DNA of 63,785 nucleotides, filler included, from Octopus bimaculoides (Eukaryota), in the NCBI RefSeq assembly GCF_001194135.2. It is 12 parts of 8 records of this genome, joined end to end, with 100 filler letters (N's around TTAATTAATTAA, not from the genome) between each part and the next. Parts side by side here need not be neighbours in the genome. Positions count along the whole stretch, not along the records: positions 1 to 20,392 come from NC_068984.1; positions 20,493 to 25,825 come from NC_068981.1; 10 more parts are not named here. One strand, 5' to 3'. The notes under the pieces were generated by a model that worked only from the letters and a program-made list of their open reading frames with translations, was not told the DNA's origin and ran no database searches. This document shows positions 13,258-25,825 of this stretch, piece after piece (positions within the stretch are counted from its first letter, which is position 1; every line of letters begins with the position of its first letter). A program made the translations under genes and the position numbers.

Positions 13258-13288
13258 GGCTGAGGTTCAGCTGTAGTGAACCTCAGCC
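13258..13288. repeat. Perfect 12-bp inverted repeat with 7-nt loop
   Basis: GGCTGAGGTTCA gctgtag TGAACCTCAGCC. Confidence 0.85.
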
Positions 13289-13811
13289 GATCTATGTTAT
13301 TATCTATACTTCACCTCACTCGGAACCTTCCCTGCGTTGCATTTTGAGTCTACAGTGGACCGTGGAATACGTATCGAAATGCACTCTTGTGTGACTTTAC
13401 CTATATGTTGTGTATTTGATCAATACTTGTGAATGTATGCGTAGCTGGAAGGGAAAATCTGTATTTACTTTAGTAGGTACGTCAGTGTTCGTACACACTG
13501 TTTGTTAGTGCATAGGTGCGCTATCTCCAGCTCTACTTTGATGATGCAATTTAACATTAAACTGAAGGATTACTCATGACCTTTTAGAAGAGGACATGTT
13601 TATTAGATCCTTCGAGGTAAAGTTTGACTATGACTTCGAAGTCATACACAGACACACACACGAGAGAGCACACACATACACACGCACGCACATATACACG
13701 TACGCACATACACGCAGAGTACACCAGATATTTGGGAACAAAACAAAACATTAAACAAACAAAACCCATACTCTCAGAAAAAAGGAATGACACACACGTT
13801 CAGTTAGATAT

Positions 13812-14110
13812 GGCACTCCGTCGGTTACGACAATAAGGGCTCCAGTTGATCCGATCAACGCAACAGCCTGCTCGTGAAATTAACGTGCAAGTGGCTGAGC
13901 ACTCCACGGACACACGTACCCTTAACGTAGTTCTCAAAGATATTCAGTGTGACACAGAATATGACAAGGCAGGCTCTTTGAAATAAAGGTACTACTAATT
14001 TTCGCTAGCTGAGTGGACTGGAACAACGTGAAATAAAGGACACGTTGCCGGGAATTGAACTCACAACCTTACGATCATGAGCCGAATGCCCTAACCACTA
14101 AACCACGCGC
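13812..14110 (-). mobile_element. Family C (OR1-like, tRNA-derived) SINE 3' part plus a tRNA-like head
   Basis: Reverse complement of the CACGAGCAGGCTGTTCCGTTGATCGGATCAACTGGA...CCGACGGAGTGCC tail seen at 21338, 32551 and 35024. Confidence 0.8.
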
Positions 14111-14229
14111 TTTAACTCAATTAGATATATCAGAGAAACAAACCGTTCAATAAAACCATACTCAATCCCACTGATAACTCTGATATGTCTTGTGAGGTGT
14201 TTACATAAGATCCTGAAGAGCAAAGCCAT

Positions 14230-15110
14230 ATCACACATAATATTCATGACAGCAGCTTCTTATGGAACTTAGGCCATCGGTGACTTTTCTCCACTGTTTT
14301 CGACTCTGGATTGTCTTCTCTGCTCCTTTCCAGTTTTATACCTGCTTTATCAGCCCTGCCCCAATACTTGTTGGGCATCTTATCAAAAGCCTCCCCTATG
14401 GATTCATAACTTACCCCGAGGGAAGATCTTCCTCCTGTAAGTCTTACTGGCTTTGAACTGACATCGACGTTTCTTTAATTTTGCTTTTATTTCTAGGTTG
14501 GAGTGTTGTCCCTACGCAAACCCATTTTTGCCTCTGGCAAGAGGTGGTCCTTATTAGTCAGGCTTCTATCCTTTGGCCTGTCTAGCATGGGAAGCCTGCT
14601 GAAATAATTCTTAGGCTCTCATTGAGGCTCACAAGCCACCAGACCACAACAAGGACAGGACGTTGTGGTGGATCTTAGAAGTGACAGTTAATCATTCTCT
14701 CGATATCATCACGGACGTATCAGTCCAGGGGCTTCAAATTAGAAAACCTAGAAGGTCGCATGATACTAAGTGACTCGTGATTACACGATTCTTCCGGTTC
14801 TTGTCGGACATGAACTACACTTTCCTTATCTCACGCAAAGTTTGTACCTGATATCCTCGTACCTCAACTTTTGATAGTGGACTCCACTGCCTTCCGTTCC
14901 TCGACGGTGGCCTTCATTACTCTCCGAAAATGCCATTATCGTAATCCTCGACGTGCTGGACATGGTGGATATGTTGGATGAACCCAGGCTGTCATAACAG
15001 CACCTAATTGTCAAGAATGCTTCTTTCTTTTGATCCCTAACGACATGTCCCCTTCCAAAAGTCTCCAGTTTTGTTCTTGAATACAAAGCGCCTTGTGAAG
15101 TTTAAAAGTT
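14230..15110 (-). mobile_element. Decayed RTE-like LINE pieces (5'-UTR-like segment 14500-14690 plus degenerate ORF)
   Basis: The minus strand has CCTTGTTGTGGT...CCTCAATGA...CCCATGCTAGACAGGCCAAAGGATAGAAGCCTGAC, resembling RTE 5' ends as I recall them. Protein similarity is weak. Confidence 0.45.
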
Positions 15111-15921
15111 TGGCTGCCACAATTGCGATTAATATGAAATCCGTAATAATGATTTTGCTTATTTTTTTCTGAAACAGAAATGAGAACGTTAAAATTTCCA
15201 GTATGTCACGTCACAATATGTTTGAACATCTTTCATCTATGGCCTGCTAAACTTTATTCACAAATACTCGGTGTAGTGTGTGTGTGTGTGTGAAAGAGAG
15301 AGAAAGAGAGAGATTGTGTATGTACGTATGTTTGAATGTGTATACATATATATAGTATGTGTACATACACTGATATACATATACACATATGTGTATATAC
15401 GCACATATATACATATGTAGATGCATACATATCCACATCTCTCTCTATATATATTCCCAGACACACACCTGTTAGGATTTACAAGTAGAAAAGAAATAAC
15501 ATAAGTAATGTGTGTGTCTGTGCTTGTGTCTTTATATATACGCAAAAATTAAACGGATATACAAATGCAAAGAGATACATAAACGCATATATAAAAGCAC
15601 ACATATACATACACATGAACAATTTAAAGTATATATTATTTAGATAAAAGATACAAGGTGACGTTTAAAAACGAGAAAAGCTTAGGTGATAGAGGTTAGC
15701 AAATATAATGAAAGAAATAACCCCAAAGAAAAATACACAGGATGAATAAATAGAAACGCAAGTTAGGTGTAAAATATCATTTATTTATGCTTCAGGCTAA
15801 GATAGAGTGAAAATTATGAACGGTGTTTACTGAAAAATATCCACGTAGTAAAATGTTGTAACTAAGGAATAAACTGTTGTAGGTCTCTTTAAATATAAAT
15901 AGATGTAGGACAAAAATAGAA

Positions 15922-16440
15922 AAAAGGTGCAGCTTTGACTGCGTGATTAAGAAGTTCGTTCTCAAACCACATAGTGTTGGGCTCAGCCACACTTCACGGC
16001 ACCTTAGGTAGTTGTCTTCTACTTGCATCGGTCAGAAGACGCATTAGCGGATTTGGTAAACGGTAACTGAAAGAAGCTTGTTATATATATATATATATAT
16101 ATATATATATNNNNNNNNNNNNNNNNNNNNNNNNNNNNNNNNNNNNNNNNNNNNNNNNNNNNNNNNNNNNNNNNNNNNNNNNNNNNNNNNNNNNNNNNNN
16201 NNNNNNNNNNNNNNNNNNNNNNNNNNNNNNNNNNNNNNNNNNNNNNNNNNNNNNNNNNNNNNNNNNNNNNNNNNNNNNNNNNNNNNNNNNNNNNNNNNNN
16301 NNNNNNNNNNNNNNNNNNNNNNNNNNNNNNNNNNNNNNNNNNNNNNNNNNNNNNNNNNNNNNNNNNNNNNNNNNNNNNNNNNNNNNNNNNNNNNNNNNNN
16401 NNNNNNNNNNNNNNNNNNNNNNNNNNNNNNNNNNNNNNNN

Positions 16441-16528
<88 letters not shown>

Positions 16529-16720
16529 TTATCTTTTGTTTGTGCCGCTCATTCAACTGCGCCCATGCTGTGATTTTAGTCGAACGAATCGACCTCGGCA
16601 CTTATTTTTTAAAGCCTGGTACTTATTGTATCGGTGTCTTTCGCTGAACTTCTAAGTCATGGAGACGTAAACACTCCAACACCGGTTGTAAGCAATGATA
16701 GGGAAAAACACAGACACAAA
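15922..16720 (+). mobile_element. Family B SINE with central (TA)n/gap and 3' domain
   Basis: 5' CACCTTAGGTAGTTGTCTTCTACT. After the gap, GCCATGCTG...TCGACCTCGGCACTTATT...GGAGACGTAAACACTCCAAC. Confidence 0.65.
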
Positions 16721-17242
16721 TCACACATACATAGATTCATAAATATAATATGGTGCATATATATGACATGCTGAGTTAAGTAAGAGAGTATATAAGCAAA
16801 TAAAGAATAAACGAAAGGAACCAAATGTTGAGATAGATAATGCAAACGTTTAAAGACATAGACAGACAGACAGGCAGACAGGCAGATAGATAGATAGAAT
16901 AAATGTAATATAATGATATAAATAAAATATGATTATAATGGAATGTTAAAGGAAACAAAGGTGGAGGAAAAAAATACAGGTGAGCTTCGCTCATATAGGT
17001 CAGTGTTACGAGTCAACGTTTTGATTGACTGGATAGACATAATTGATAATCAGAAGCTATTTGGTATTGCTTTAGCAAAGAATACAATAAGAATGTAATG
17101 TACAGAAGAACTGAGACAAATTGTAAAATGTAAGAAAATTATAAACTTTGAATGTTATTCGTCATATAGCGGGTAACTCTGGAAGTATATTTTTGCAACT
17201 ATGGGTAATATAAATAAATATGGCATACATACAATAATTATG

Positions 17243-17640
17243 ACTCTCTTTTACTCGTTTCAGTCTTTTGACTGTGGCCATGCTGGAGCACCGCCTTTAG
17301 TCGAGCAAATCGACCCCAGGACTTATTCTTTGGAAGCCTAGTACTTATTCTATCGGTCTCTTTTGCCGAACCGCTAAATTACGGGGACATAAACACACCA
17401 GCATCGGTTGTCACGGTTGTCAAACATACAAACACATACACACATACATATATATATATATATATACATATATACGACAGGCTTCTTTCAGTTTCCGTCT
17501 ACCAAATCCACTCACAAGGCTTTGGTCGGCTCGAGGCTATAGTAGAAGACACTTGCCCAAGATGCCACGCAGTGGGACTGAACCCGGGACCATGTGGTTA
17601 GTAAGTAAGCTACTTACCACACAGCCACTCCTACGCCTAT
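17243..17640 (-). mobile_element. Near full-length family B SINE (tRNA head, CORE-like segment, (TA/CA)n, 3' domain)
   Basis: Reverse complement: GGCGTAGGAGTGGCTGTGTGGTAAG...CTTGGGCAAGTGTCTTC...microsatellite...GGCGGTGCTCCAGCATGGCCACAGTC. Confidence 0.88.
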
Positions 17641-19084
17641 GATTTAACTTTTAGCAAATTTCTTCATGCTTATACAAAATGATGAAATGAAAATTAATTA
17701 TCAAAAGAAAAAAATATTTATTAAAATACAATTTAAAGACGAAACAAATATTTTCAATTTGCATAGTTCCTTTGTCATTTACTCTCGCTTCTTCTCTTCC
17801 TCTATCTTTCTAATTCATTCCCAATTCATTCTCTCTCATTGTTTGTGTGTGTAGTGTTCATTTACCCATGGTTTGCCATGAAGTATCTTATGTGAACTCA
17901 TCATGCACCTTTATGTTAACTCATTCTATTTCTCTTTTTCGTTCTCTCCTCCTTCCTTTATACGATGTGATCGGAGACATCAACCAACCAATATTTATAT
18001 CGGCTATTATTAGAAAGAGATGTGAAGGATAAACTCACACATACCATAAAATATCCTCTAAGTAGTATAGCATGGGTATTGTGTAAAAGTTTTGAGTAGA
18101 CACTGTTTTGTAAAGTGGTTTGAAAGTTCTAAGTAAAGGCGTGTTTCCAATTATCTACAGTGAAAACTCTGGGTTTCTAGTAATGGAAAGATTTTATGGT
18201 TCCGTTTTTACCTTATTTTTGTCTTTTACGTAAAGAAATCCTTTTATTATGTTTATTTCGTATATTACCCTTAGCAAAAAGAATGGCCTTCCTGATATTG
18301 TTTAACCGTTGTATTACTATTTTATTTACATTACTATTACTCTTATCGCTTACTCTTTGGTATTAATGTTCTCTGTAGTTGTCTCCTAATCTCTCCAGAT
18401 CTGGCTATCTCTTATGTTTTATTTGGATTTTACCTTTCGACTCTTTGGTAATATCCTATCTCATCTTTTCCATTTTCACCCATTCAACCCCCTTATCTCA
18501 ACTATTCCTTCCACTTAGTTTTTTTTACTTCTTCGCTATCAATATATTCTCACAAGTCTCTCCATCACTACACTCGACGATGTTTTAAAACATTTAATTT
18601 ATCCCGTACCTTATCTTAACCTTTCGATCCTTTCATTTATTCTTTTATTTATTCATGTATTCTCTTCCTGAACTCGATAATTCACATGGTATTTCTCTTT
18701 ATTTATTTAACTTTATTTCACCTTCAGACATTTTTTTAACCCTTCCTTTTCAGTTTGGTTTAGATCACTTTCTGAAATATAGCATTAATCACAATCTTAT
18801 GGTTTTAAATATATTTTCTTCATTGTTCTGACTCGTTCTCCTCGTTTACCCTAAACTTGTAGCTATTAGCTTCCTCTTCATTTTTCTTCTTCTTCTACCT
18901 CTTCTTCTTCTTCTTCTTCTTCTTCTTCTTTTTCTTCTTCTCCCCTCCTCCTCCTTCTACTTCTTTTCCTCCTCCTTCTACTTCTTTTCCTCCTCCTACT
19001 TCTCCTCCTCCCCTCTTCCTTATCCCCCTCCTCCTTTTTCTTCTTCTTCGCCCTCTAATTGTTATTATTATTGTTGTTGTTGCT

Positions 19085-19690
19085 TACTTTTAATCTGCAT
19101 GTTTGTTACAATCACGTGCCGAGACTCACCCAGCGTCCTAGGGCGAGTAAAGGATAAGAGATGTTACAGTATCACAGAAAACTTGCGGAAGGGGTAGTAG
19201 CGAACTATTTTCATGTAATACAACAGAAACATATAAATTGATAGGGTATTTCTAAGGATGCGGGCAGTACTCGTCAGCACAATCTTTTGGATTTCTCTGA
19301 GGCAATGGTTCTCCTGGGATGTCATCTAGATGTTTCTGACATCCCTTTTTTAACATACCTAGAGCATCTACAATAACAGGAACAGTTCTTGCTTTAAGAT
19401 GCCACATCTTTTGTATTTCAGTTTTCAGGTCCTTATATTTATTTAATTTGTCAAATACCTTTACAGATATTTTTTTATCAGTGGGAACACTTACATCTGT
19501 TAGTCTACAAGTATTTTCTTCCTTGTCTTTCATAATTATGTCTGGTCGATTAGCCTGGATCGTTCTGTCGATGTTGACTGGAAAATACCAGAGCTAAGTG
19601 ACATTTTTACCTTCAAAGACTGGCTCAGGATGATGCTTGTACCTGTAAGAAGGAGTGCCGATTTTATAGTGTTTACATATTTTTCGATGT
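19085..19690 (-). mobile_element. 3' end of a second REL-type (R4/Dong-like) LINE family
   Basis: NRTIQANRPDIIMKDKEENTCRLTDVSVP...VPVIVDALG. Ends in an (AAC/AAT)n tract. Confidence 0.85.
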
Positions 19691-19779
19691 AAATAGCCAT
19701 ACCCTATTATTATTATTATTGTTGTTGTTGTTGTTATTATTATTATTCACATACACACAACAGATTAAATTGTTGGAAA

Positions 19780-20095
19780 AGAAAAAATATTCCAGCGTCG
19801 GACTACAACAAGTAACCTTAGATGCCAAGAACCCTCCTAAGTAATCTAACTGTCCCCAATAACACTATTTTCTGGAGCTGGACTAAACTGGGCTTTATGC
19901 CTATTTCCTCTATCCATCTGTTCAAATCATTAGGGACAGTTCCCAATGCACCTATAATCACTGGGATACATTTTACCCGCACTTTCCATAGTCTCTGTAA
20001 TTCAATATCAAGTCTTGATACTTTGCTATTTTTTCTACACCTCCCATACTGAACTTTTCATCATTTGGGACTGTAAAGTCAATTATTTGGCACTT
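19780..20095 (-). mobile_element. 3' end of a third REL-type LINE family
   Basis: Minus strand LDIELQRLWKVRVKCIPVIIGALGTVPNDLNRWIEEIGIKPSLVQLQKIVLLGTVRLLRRVLGI*. Lies between (TTA/TTG)n and (CAT)n tracts. Confidence 0.85.
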
Positions 20096-20098
20096 TCT

Positions 20099-20133
<35 letters not shown>

Positions 20134-20932
20134 TATTATTATTATTATATTTTGTTCTCTTCTGTTGTCCTAGCTTTCCTCCCGTTTAACCACCCAGTAT
20201 ATCATTTAATAGATTACAAATATTTATGAATGTGTATACCTTTTTTTGCGCTTTCAAAGACATGAATACATCTGAACATATTTGTACCTGTATTTCTATT
20301 TTCCCATCTATAAGTGTATACATAAGTATAGTTATGCATGTATGCGTATGTGGAAATATATATATACATACATACATATATATATATATATANNNNNNNN
20401 NNNNNNNNNNNNNNNNNNNNNNNNNNNNNNNNNNNNTTAATTAATTAANNNNNNNNNNNNNNNNNNNNNNNNNNNNNNNNNNNNNNNNNNNNTATATATT
20501 TATATATATATATATATATATATACGGGCAAAGATCGTCATCAGAGATGTGTTGTATAGAAGGTTGTTATCAGCGAGTGTAGGCGACATTTCTGGGGCTG
20601 GTTGAGACATCTGCTTGCTACAGATGTTTTCTCTAACGGTAATGAGAAAACCTTAACTCGCCTTATCTCCACAATTATCAATGGATACACACTTACAAAT
20701 GCATGCATGGTTTTATGTATGCAATACGTGTGCAATATGTATGTATGCATTTATATATGTATGTGCGTATGTGTGCGCGTGTGTGTGCGCGTGTGTGCGC
20801 GTGTATGTGCGTATGTGTGCGCGTGTGTATACGTATGGACTTCTGAGTATACACGCACGGAAAAACACTCACAAACGTAAACACACAAATACGAAAATAC
20901 TCATATATAAACACACACACACACACACAAAC

Positions 20933-20976
<44 letters not shown>

Positions 20977-20979
20977 GCA

Positions 20980-21013
<34 letters not shown>

Positions 21014-21162
21014 TATATGTCACAATGCACATTCATATATATATCTATTTGTATACTTTCAGGAAGATATGGCATGTTTATGAATACACGTTTATGAAAT
21101 GCAAATGCATATATATAGGCATTTGCATTTCATAAACGTGTGTATATATATANNNNNNNNNN

Positions 21163-21239
<77 letters not shown>

Positions 21240-21337
21240 CATATATACATATATGTATATGTGTATATATGTCTGTATAATATATCCATATATATGCATA
21301 TATATGCATATGTATACTTGTATACTTTATATATGTA

Positions 21338-21695
21338 GAGTGGAGGCGCAGTGGCCCAGTGGTTAAGGCAGCGGGCTTGCGGTCGTAGGATCGCTGTTTC
21401 GATTCCCAGAACGGACGTTGTGAGTGTTTATTAAGTAAAAACACCTTAAGCTCCGGCAAGGGGTGGTGGCGAACTCTGTTGTATTCTCTCACCACAACCT
21501 TCTCGCGCTGTTTCTTCTTGTTTCTGTTCTACCTGGGGTCAGCCTTGTTACACTCTGTGTCGCGCTGAATCTCCCCCGAGAACTATGTTGAGGTTACACG
21601 TGTCTGTGGAGTGCTCAGCACGTTAATTTCACGAGCAGGCTGTTCCGTTGATCGGATCAACTGGAACCCTCGTCGTCGTAACCGACGGAGTGCTA
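21338..21695 (+). mobile_element. Full-length family C SINE (OR1-like)
   Basis: GGAGGCGCAGTGGCCCAGTGGTTAAG A-box head and GTTTCGATTCC B-box. Matches 32551 and 35024 along its length. Confidence 0.9.
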
Positions 21696-21761
21696 CGATA
21701 TGTAGAAATATATATAATATAGATAAGTTCACACACACACACACACACACACACATGCGCA

Positions 21762-21806
<45 letters not shown>

Positions 21807-21816
21807 NNNNNNNNNN

Positions 21817-21863
<47 letters not shown>

Positions 21864-22870
21864 CCAACACATCCCTCCCGCATAATCGCTCAAAATTTAA
21901 ACCGCTCCAAATAATAATATTATGTCACGTGTAATTTCTTTTTAATATTGCGTATACAACATTAAAATTGATGACATTTCTAATGCGTGATGTTGAAAAA
22001 TAATACTTGCAAAATACTTTTTTTGTATACAAAACGAAGATCGATATTGGATATTGGAACTAACTGTAACTAAGTGATATTGAGGACAATACCATTTACA
22101 GTTGCTGATACACGAGAAGAATCGGTTTTCGCTTTCTTTGTGGAGAAAAAACAAGTAATGTCTATTCGTGTCCTTTCGTCTGAGACAAACGAAATATAAT
22201 CCTAGCGTTATAATGCAAGATCACATTTAATACGAATATTGGTCAAGCACTAAATGTGCTCGACTCAAAACAATGTTGGGTCGAGCTCAAACGAGCCTTG
22301 ACTATATTCTTGTTGTTTGGGTTATACTGCGATGTAGCTTTAACTCAGCAAAACAGGGGTTAGTTCAATTTTTCTTTCACTGTCGTTATTTATAGATTAT
22401 GACCAGGAGCTGCTATTAGGTGCGTTTAGAATCTGACCTTGTGCCATACCGCTTCCAGTTAAATTTCTATATTTACTCCCGGTTAGACAAATAGAAACAA
22501 GAAAATCTTGTTCTCTTTAACTCTTTTTTAACTTAAATGTAAAAATAGATAAGGAATTTCATTCGTTGGTGTAATTATACTTTACTGGAGAACATGGATA
22601 TCATACAAATTTTAATAGAATTTGCATTAAAGTTTGTATAAAAAATTTCACCAATTATTTCAGTTCCATTAATGCTAAACAACTGCCAAATAACGGTAAT
22701 GTTATTGTCGAATACTCTGGTATGAACACTTTGAAATTCCCATTTATCGAGAAATTTTTTGCAACATCTTTACAGTGGCATGACGGCAAATAGCTTCAAG
22801 ACAAGCTATTACTTACATAGACATTACGTTTGTCAATCTTAACAGTAATTTAATAATACTTAGTTTATTC

Positions 22871-23090
22871 AAGGTGGTGAAGTGGTAGACTCGTTAGCAC
22901 GCCGGGTAAACTGCTTCGGGGCATTTCGTCCGTTTCTACGTTCTGAGTTCAAATGTCACAGAGGTCGGCTTTGCCTTTCATCCATTCGGGGTCGATAAAA
23001 TGAGCACCACTGGGGCCGATATTATCGACAAATGCCCCTACGCCACTCTACAGAAATTGCTGTCCTTGTGACAAAATTTGAGATCGTTAT
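22871..23090 (+). mobile_element. Family A SINE
   Basis: GTTCTGAGTTCAAATG..GAGGTCGGCTTTGCCTTTCATCCATTCGGGGTCGATAAAATGAGCACC. Confidence 0.8.
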
Positions 23091-23889
23091 TGCTTAGTTT
23101 GTACTTGCTTTAGAATCGACAGACAAGAATGGTAACAACACAAATGAACTTTGTTGTTATCCTAGTTACTCGACTGAAAATGTTTCAACATTATCACCGA
23201 ATAAAAATGACTTAAATCAAAGAATTGAATTTAATCAAATATCTCCTATGAAATTAGTTTCAAAAGAACGATCCGTCTGAGAATTGAAACCAAACGCTTT
23301 TCCCACTTTCATGAATTCCTTATCCCATTTCATTTGTCTCTGTTACAATTGCTGATCTTTCTCTTCTACTGTCTTCCTTTTTACTCTTATCGCTTTGAAC
23401 AAACAAAGGAGCGTTACAAAGTGTTTATTATAGTTTTAAATGTATTTGTACGAGAAAGAGAAAGAGGGAGACAGACAGAGAGGGACAGACAGAGAGAGAC
23501 AGAGAGAGAGAGAGAGACAGAGAGAGAGAGAGACAGAGAGAGAGAGAGACAGAGAGAGAGAGACAGAGAGAGAGAGACAAAGAGAAAGTGAGTGAGTGAA
23601 ATGGTGTATGACTGTACGTGTGTTGCCGAGACTGTTTTATCACCACTGACACAAGAAAACAGAGACTGAAATATCACCGGAGCTACATTTAGCCGCCCGA
23701 CTGAATTAAATTTCGTTATATGCTACATGGTATTGACAAAGCGCACAGAAGCTGAAATGCACATCTAGCACTTCTATCTTTGGCTACTGCATGATTTTCG
23801 TCTGTTATTTATATAGTTTTGAGTTTTTGAACAGAGAGTGTCCAAAAGAGATATCATCTCCACAAAAATACCGCAGTTAATAAATCAAT

Positions 23890-23995
23890 ATGTCTATGAC
23901 TGCTTTTGGCGAAATTTGATGCAGATTCTCTGCTTAACTTTCTCTGTCATGGTCAATGCGACGATCAAACGCTACACACGTTCCTTCCAATCACT
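23890..23995 (-). mobile_element. mariner 5' fragment
   Basis: Minus strand MTEKVKQRICIKFRQKQS*, typical of the mariner transposase N-terminus (QRxCIKF). Confidence 0.55.
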
Positions 23996-24088
23996 TCTGT
24001 AAACAGCGGGGGTGAGCTTGAACCTTATGCACAGTAGAGTTCAAGCTCAATCTGTACCAAACGGCTTCATTCTGCCTGCTTTAGCTTC

Positions 24089-24102
24089 GTTACTATGGCA
24101 AC
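24089..24102. promoter_or_regulatory. RFX X-box-like motif
   Basis: GTTACTATGGCAAC matches the GTTNCCATGGYAAC-type 14-bp X-box consensus. No linked gene was identified. Confidence 0.4.
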
Positions 24103-25057
24103 ATTCCGGATGCTTATTGATCAGACCATGTATACATAAATATATAAATATATATATACACACGCACACACACATACAGGCATCAACATACACATAGAAC
24201 GTGTGTATATATGTCTAGAGGAAGACAGAGATAGAAAATAATCTGAGCACAGCGTCACCATAATCGCCACCACCACCACCACTACCACCACCACTACCAC
24301 CATCACTAGCGCCATCACTCACTAACACTACTACCACCACAGCATAACCACTCCTACCACTACTACCAGCAAGATACCATTACAAGATTTCTATAACGAC
24401 AAACTTAAGAAATCCATGAAATACATACCAAATGCGTGTGTCATTAATCATAAACCATTCATTTTTGGTGATGTTTTTCTTCAAAAACCTACCACCAACC
24501 CCCACCCATTCTTCACCTGCTCCACTATCTTCACATCAGCGTCGTGTCTAAGTTATGGCATATTTACATACATAAACACACATACATACAGATACATATA
24601 TAAATATATATATATACATATATATATACAGATATATATATATATATATATACATATATATACATACATATATAAAGATATATATATACATAAACATATA
24701 TATACATATACATATATATACATATACATATATACATATATAAAGATATATATGTATATATATATATATCTTTATATATGTATATATATATATATATATN
24801 NNNNNNNNNNNNNNNNNNNNNNNNNNNNNNNNNNNNNNNNNNNNNNNNNNNNNNNNNNNNNNNNNNNNNNNNNNNNNNNNNNNNNNNNNNNNNNNNNNNN
24901 NNNNNNNNNNNNNNNNNNNNNNNNNNNNNNNNNNNNNNNNNNNNNNNNNNNNNNNNNNNNNNNNNNNNNNNNNNNNNNNNNNNNNNNNNNNNNNNNNNNN
25001 NNNNNNNNNNNNNNNNNNNNNNNNNNNNNNNNNNNNNNNNNNNNNNNNNNNNNNNNN

Positions 25058-25088
<31 letters not shown>

Positions 25089-25104
25089 GTATATATATAC
25101 ATGT

Positions 25105-25170
<66 letters not shown>

Positions 25171-25446
25171 GTACATTTGCATACATATAAATATCTTTTA
25201 AATTTGTTTACGGAAAGCGTTTAGAATATTCAAGTAAAGTTCCTATTCCATTATACCGGACTCAGTCGAATGATGCTGATTCTGATAAACATCCACTAAT
25301 GTTATATCGCCTGAAGAACTGAATCCATGAAGATGATCAACCCGAAACCCTCGGAAACTACGGACTACACTGTAATCATCCCAGAGACATGTGATTTGTA
25401 GAAACGCGCATAGCGATCAATAATAGCTTATAAATTGCATCCAAGG

Positions 25447-25480
<34 letters not shown>

Positions 25481-25482
<2 letters not shown>

Positions 25483-25650
25483 GCGCAGGAGTGGCTGTGT
25501 GGTGAGTAGCTTGCTTACCAACCACATGATTCCGGGTTCAGTCCACTGCATGGCACCTTGGGCAAGTGTCTTCTACTATAGCCTCGGACCGACCAAAGCC
25601 TTGTGAGTGGATCTAATAGAGGGAAACTGAAAGAAGCCCGTCGTATATAT
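25481..25650 (+). mobile_element. Family B SINE 5' part
   Basis: GCGCAGGAGTGGCTGTGTGG...CACCTTGGGCAAGTGTCTTCTACTATAGCCTCG. Confidence 0.85.
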
Positions 25651-25665
25651 GTATATGTATACACT

Positions 25666-25786
25666 CCACTTACAGGGCTTTAGTCGGCCCGAGGCTATAG
25701 TAGAAGAGATTTGCCAAGGTGCCACGTAGTGGAACTGAACCCGGAACCATGTGGTTGTTAAGCAACCTACTTACCACACAGCCACT
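25666..25786 (-). mobile_element. Family B SINE 5' part, inverted relative to 25481-25650
   Basis: CCGAGGCTATAGTAGAAGA...CCAAGGTGCCAC...CCACACAGCCAC is the reverse complement of the neighbouring copy. Confidence 0.85.
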
Positions 25787-25794
25787 GGTGAGCA

Positions 25795-25825
<31 letters not shown>

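Noticed and set aside
20437-20448. TTAATTAATTAA centred in roughly 100-nt N-gaps, recurring about ten times (e.g. 25870, 29076, 33134, 39789, 43388, 47504, 49556, 51464, 57574, 62557)
   Set aside because: An identical palindrome with stops in all six frames, always embedded in Ns, is an assembly spacer rather than a biological repeat or CRISPR array.
21338-21420. tRNA-like A/B boxes here and at 14040, 32551, 35024, 39240 and 47120
   Set aside because: They are SINE heads with no intact acceptor stem or cloverleaf, and they continue into SINE bodies, so they are not tRNA genes.
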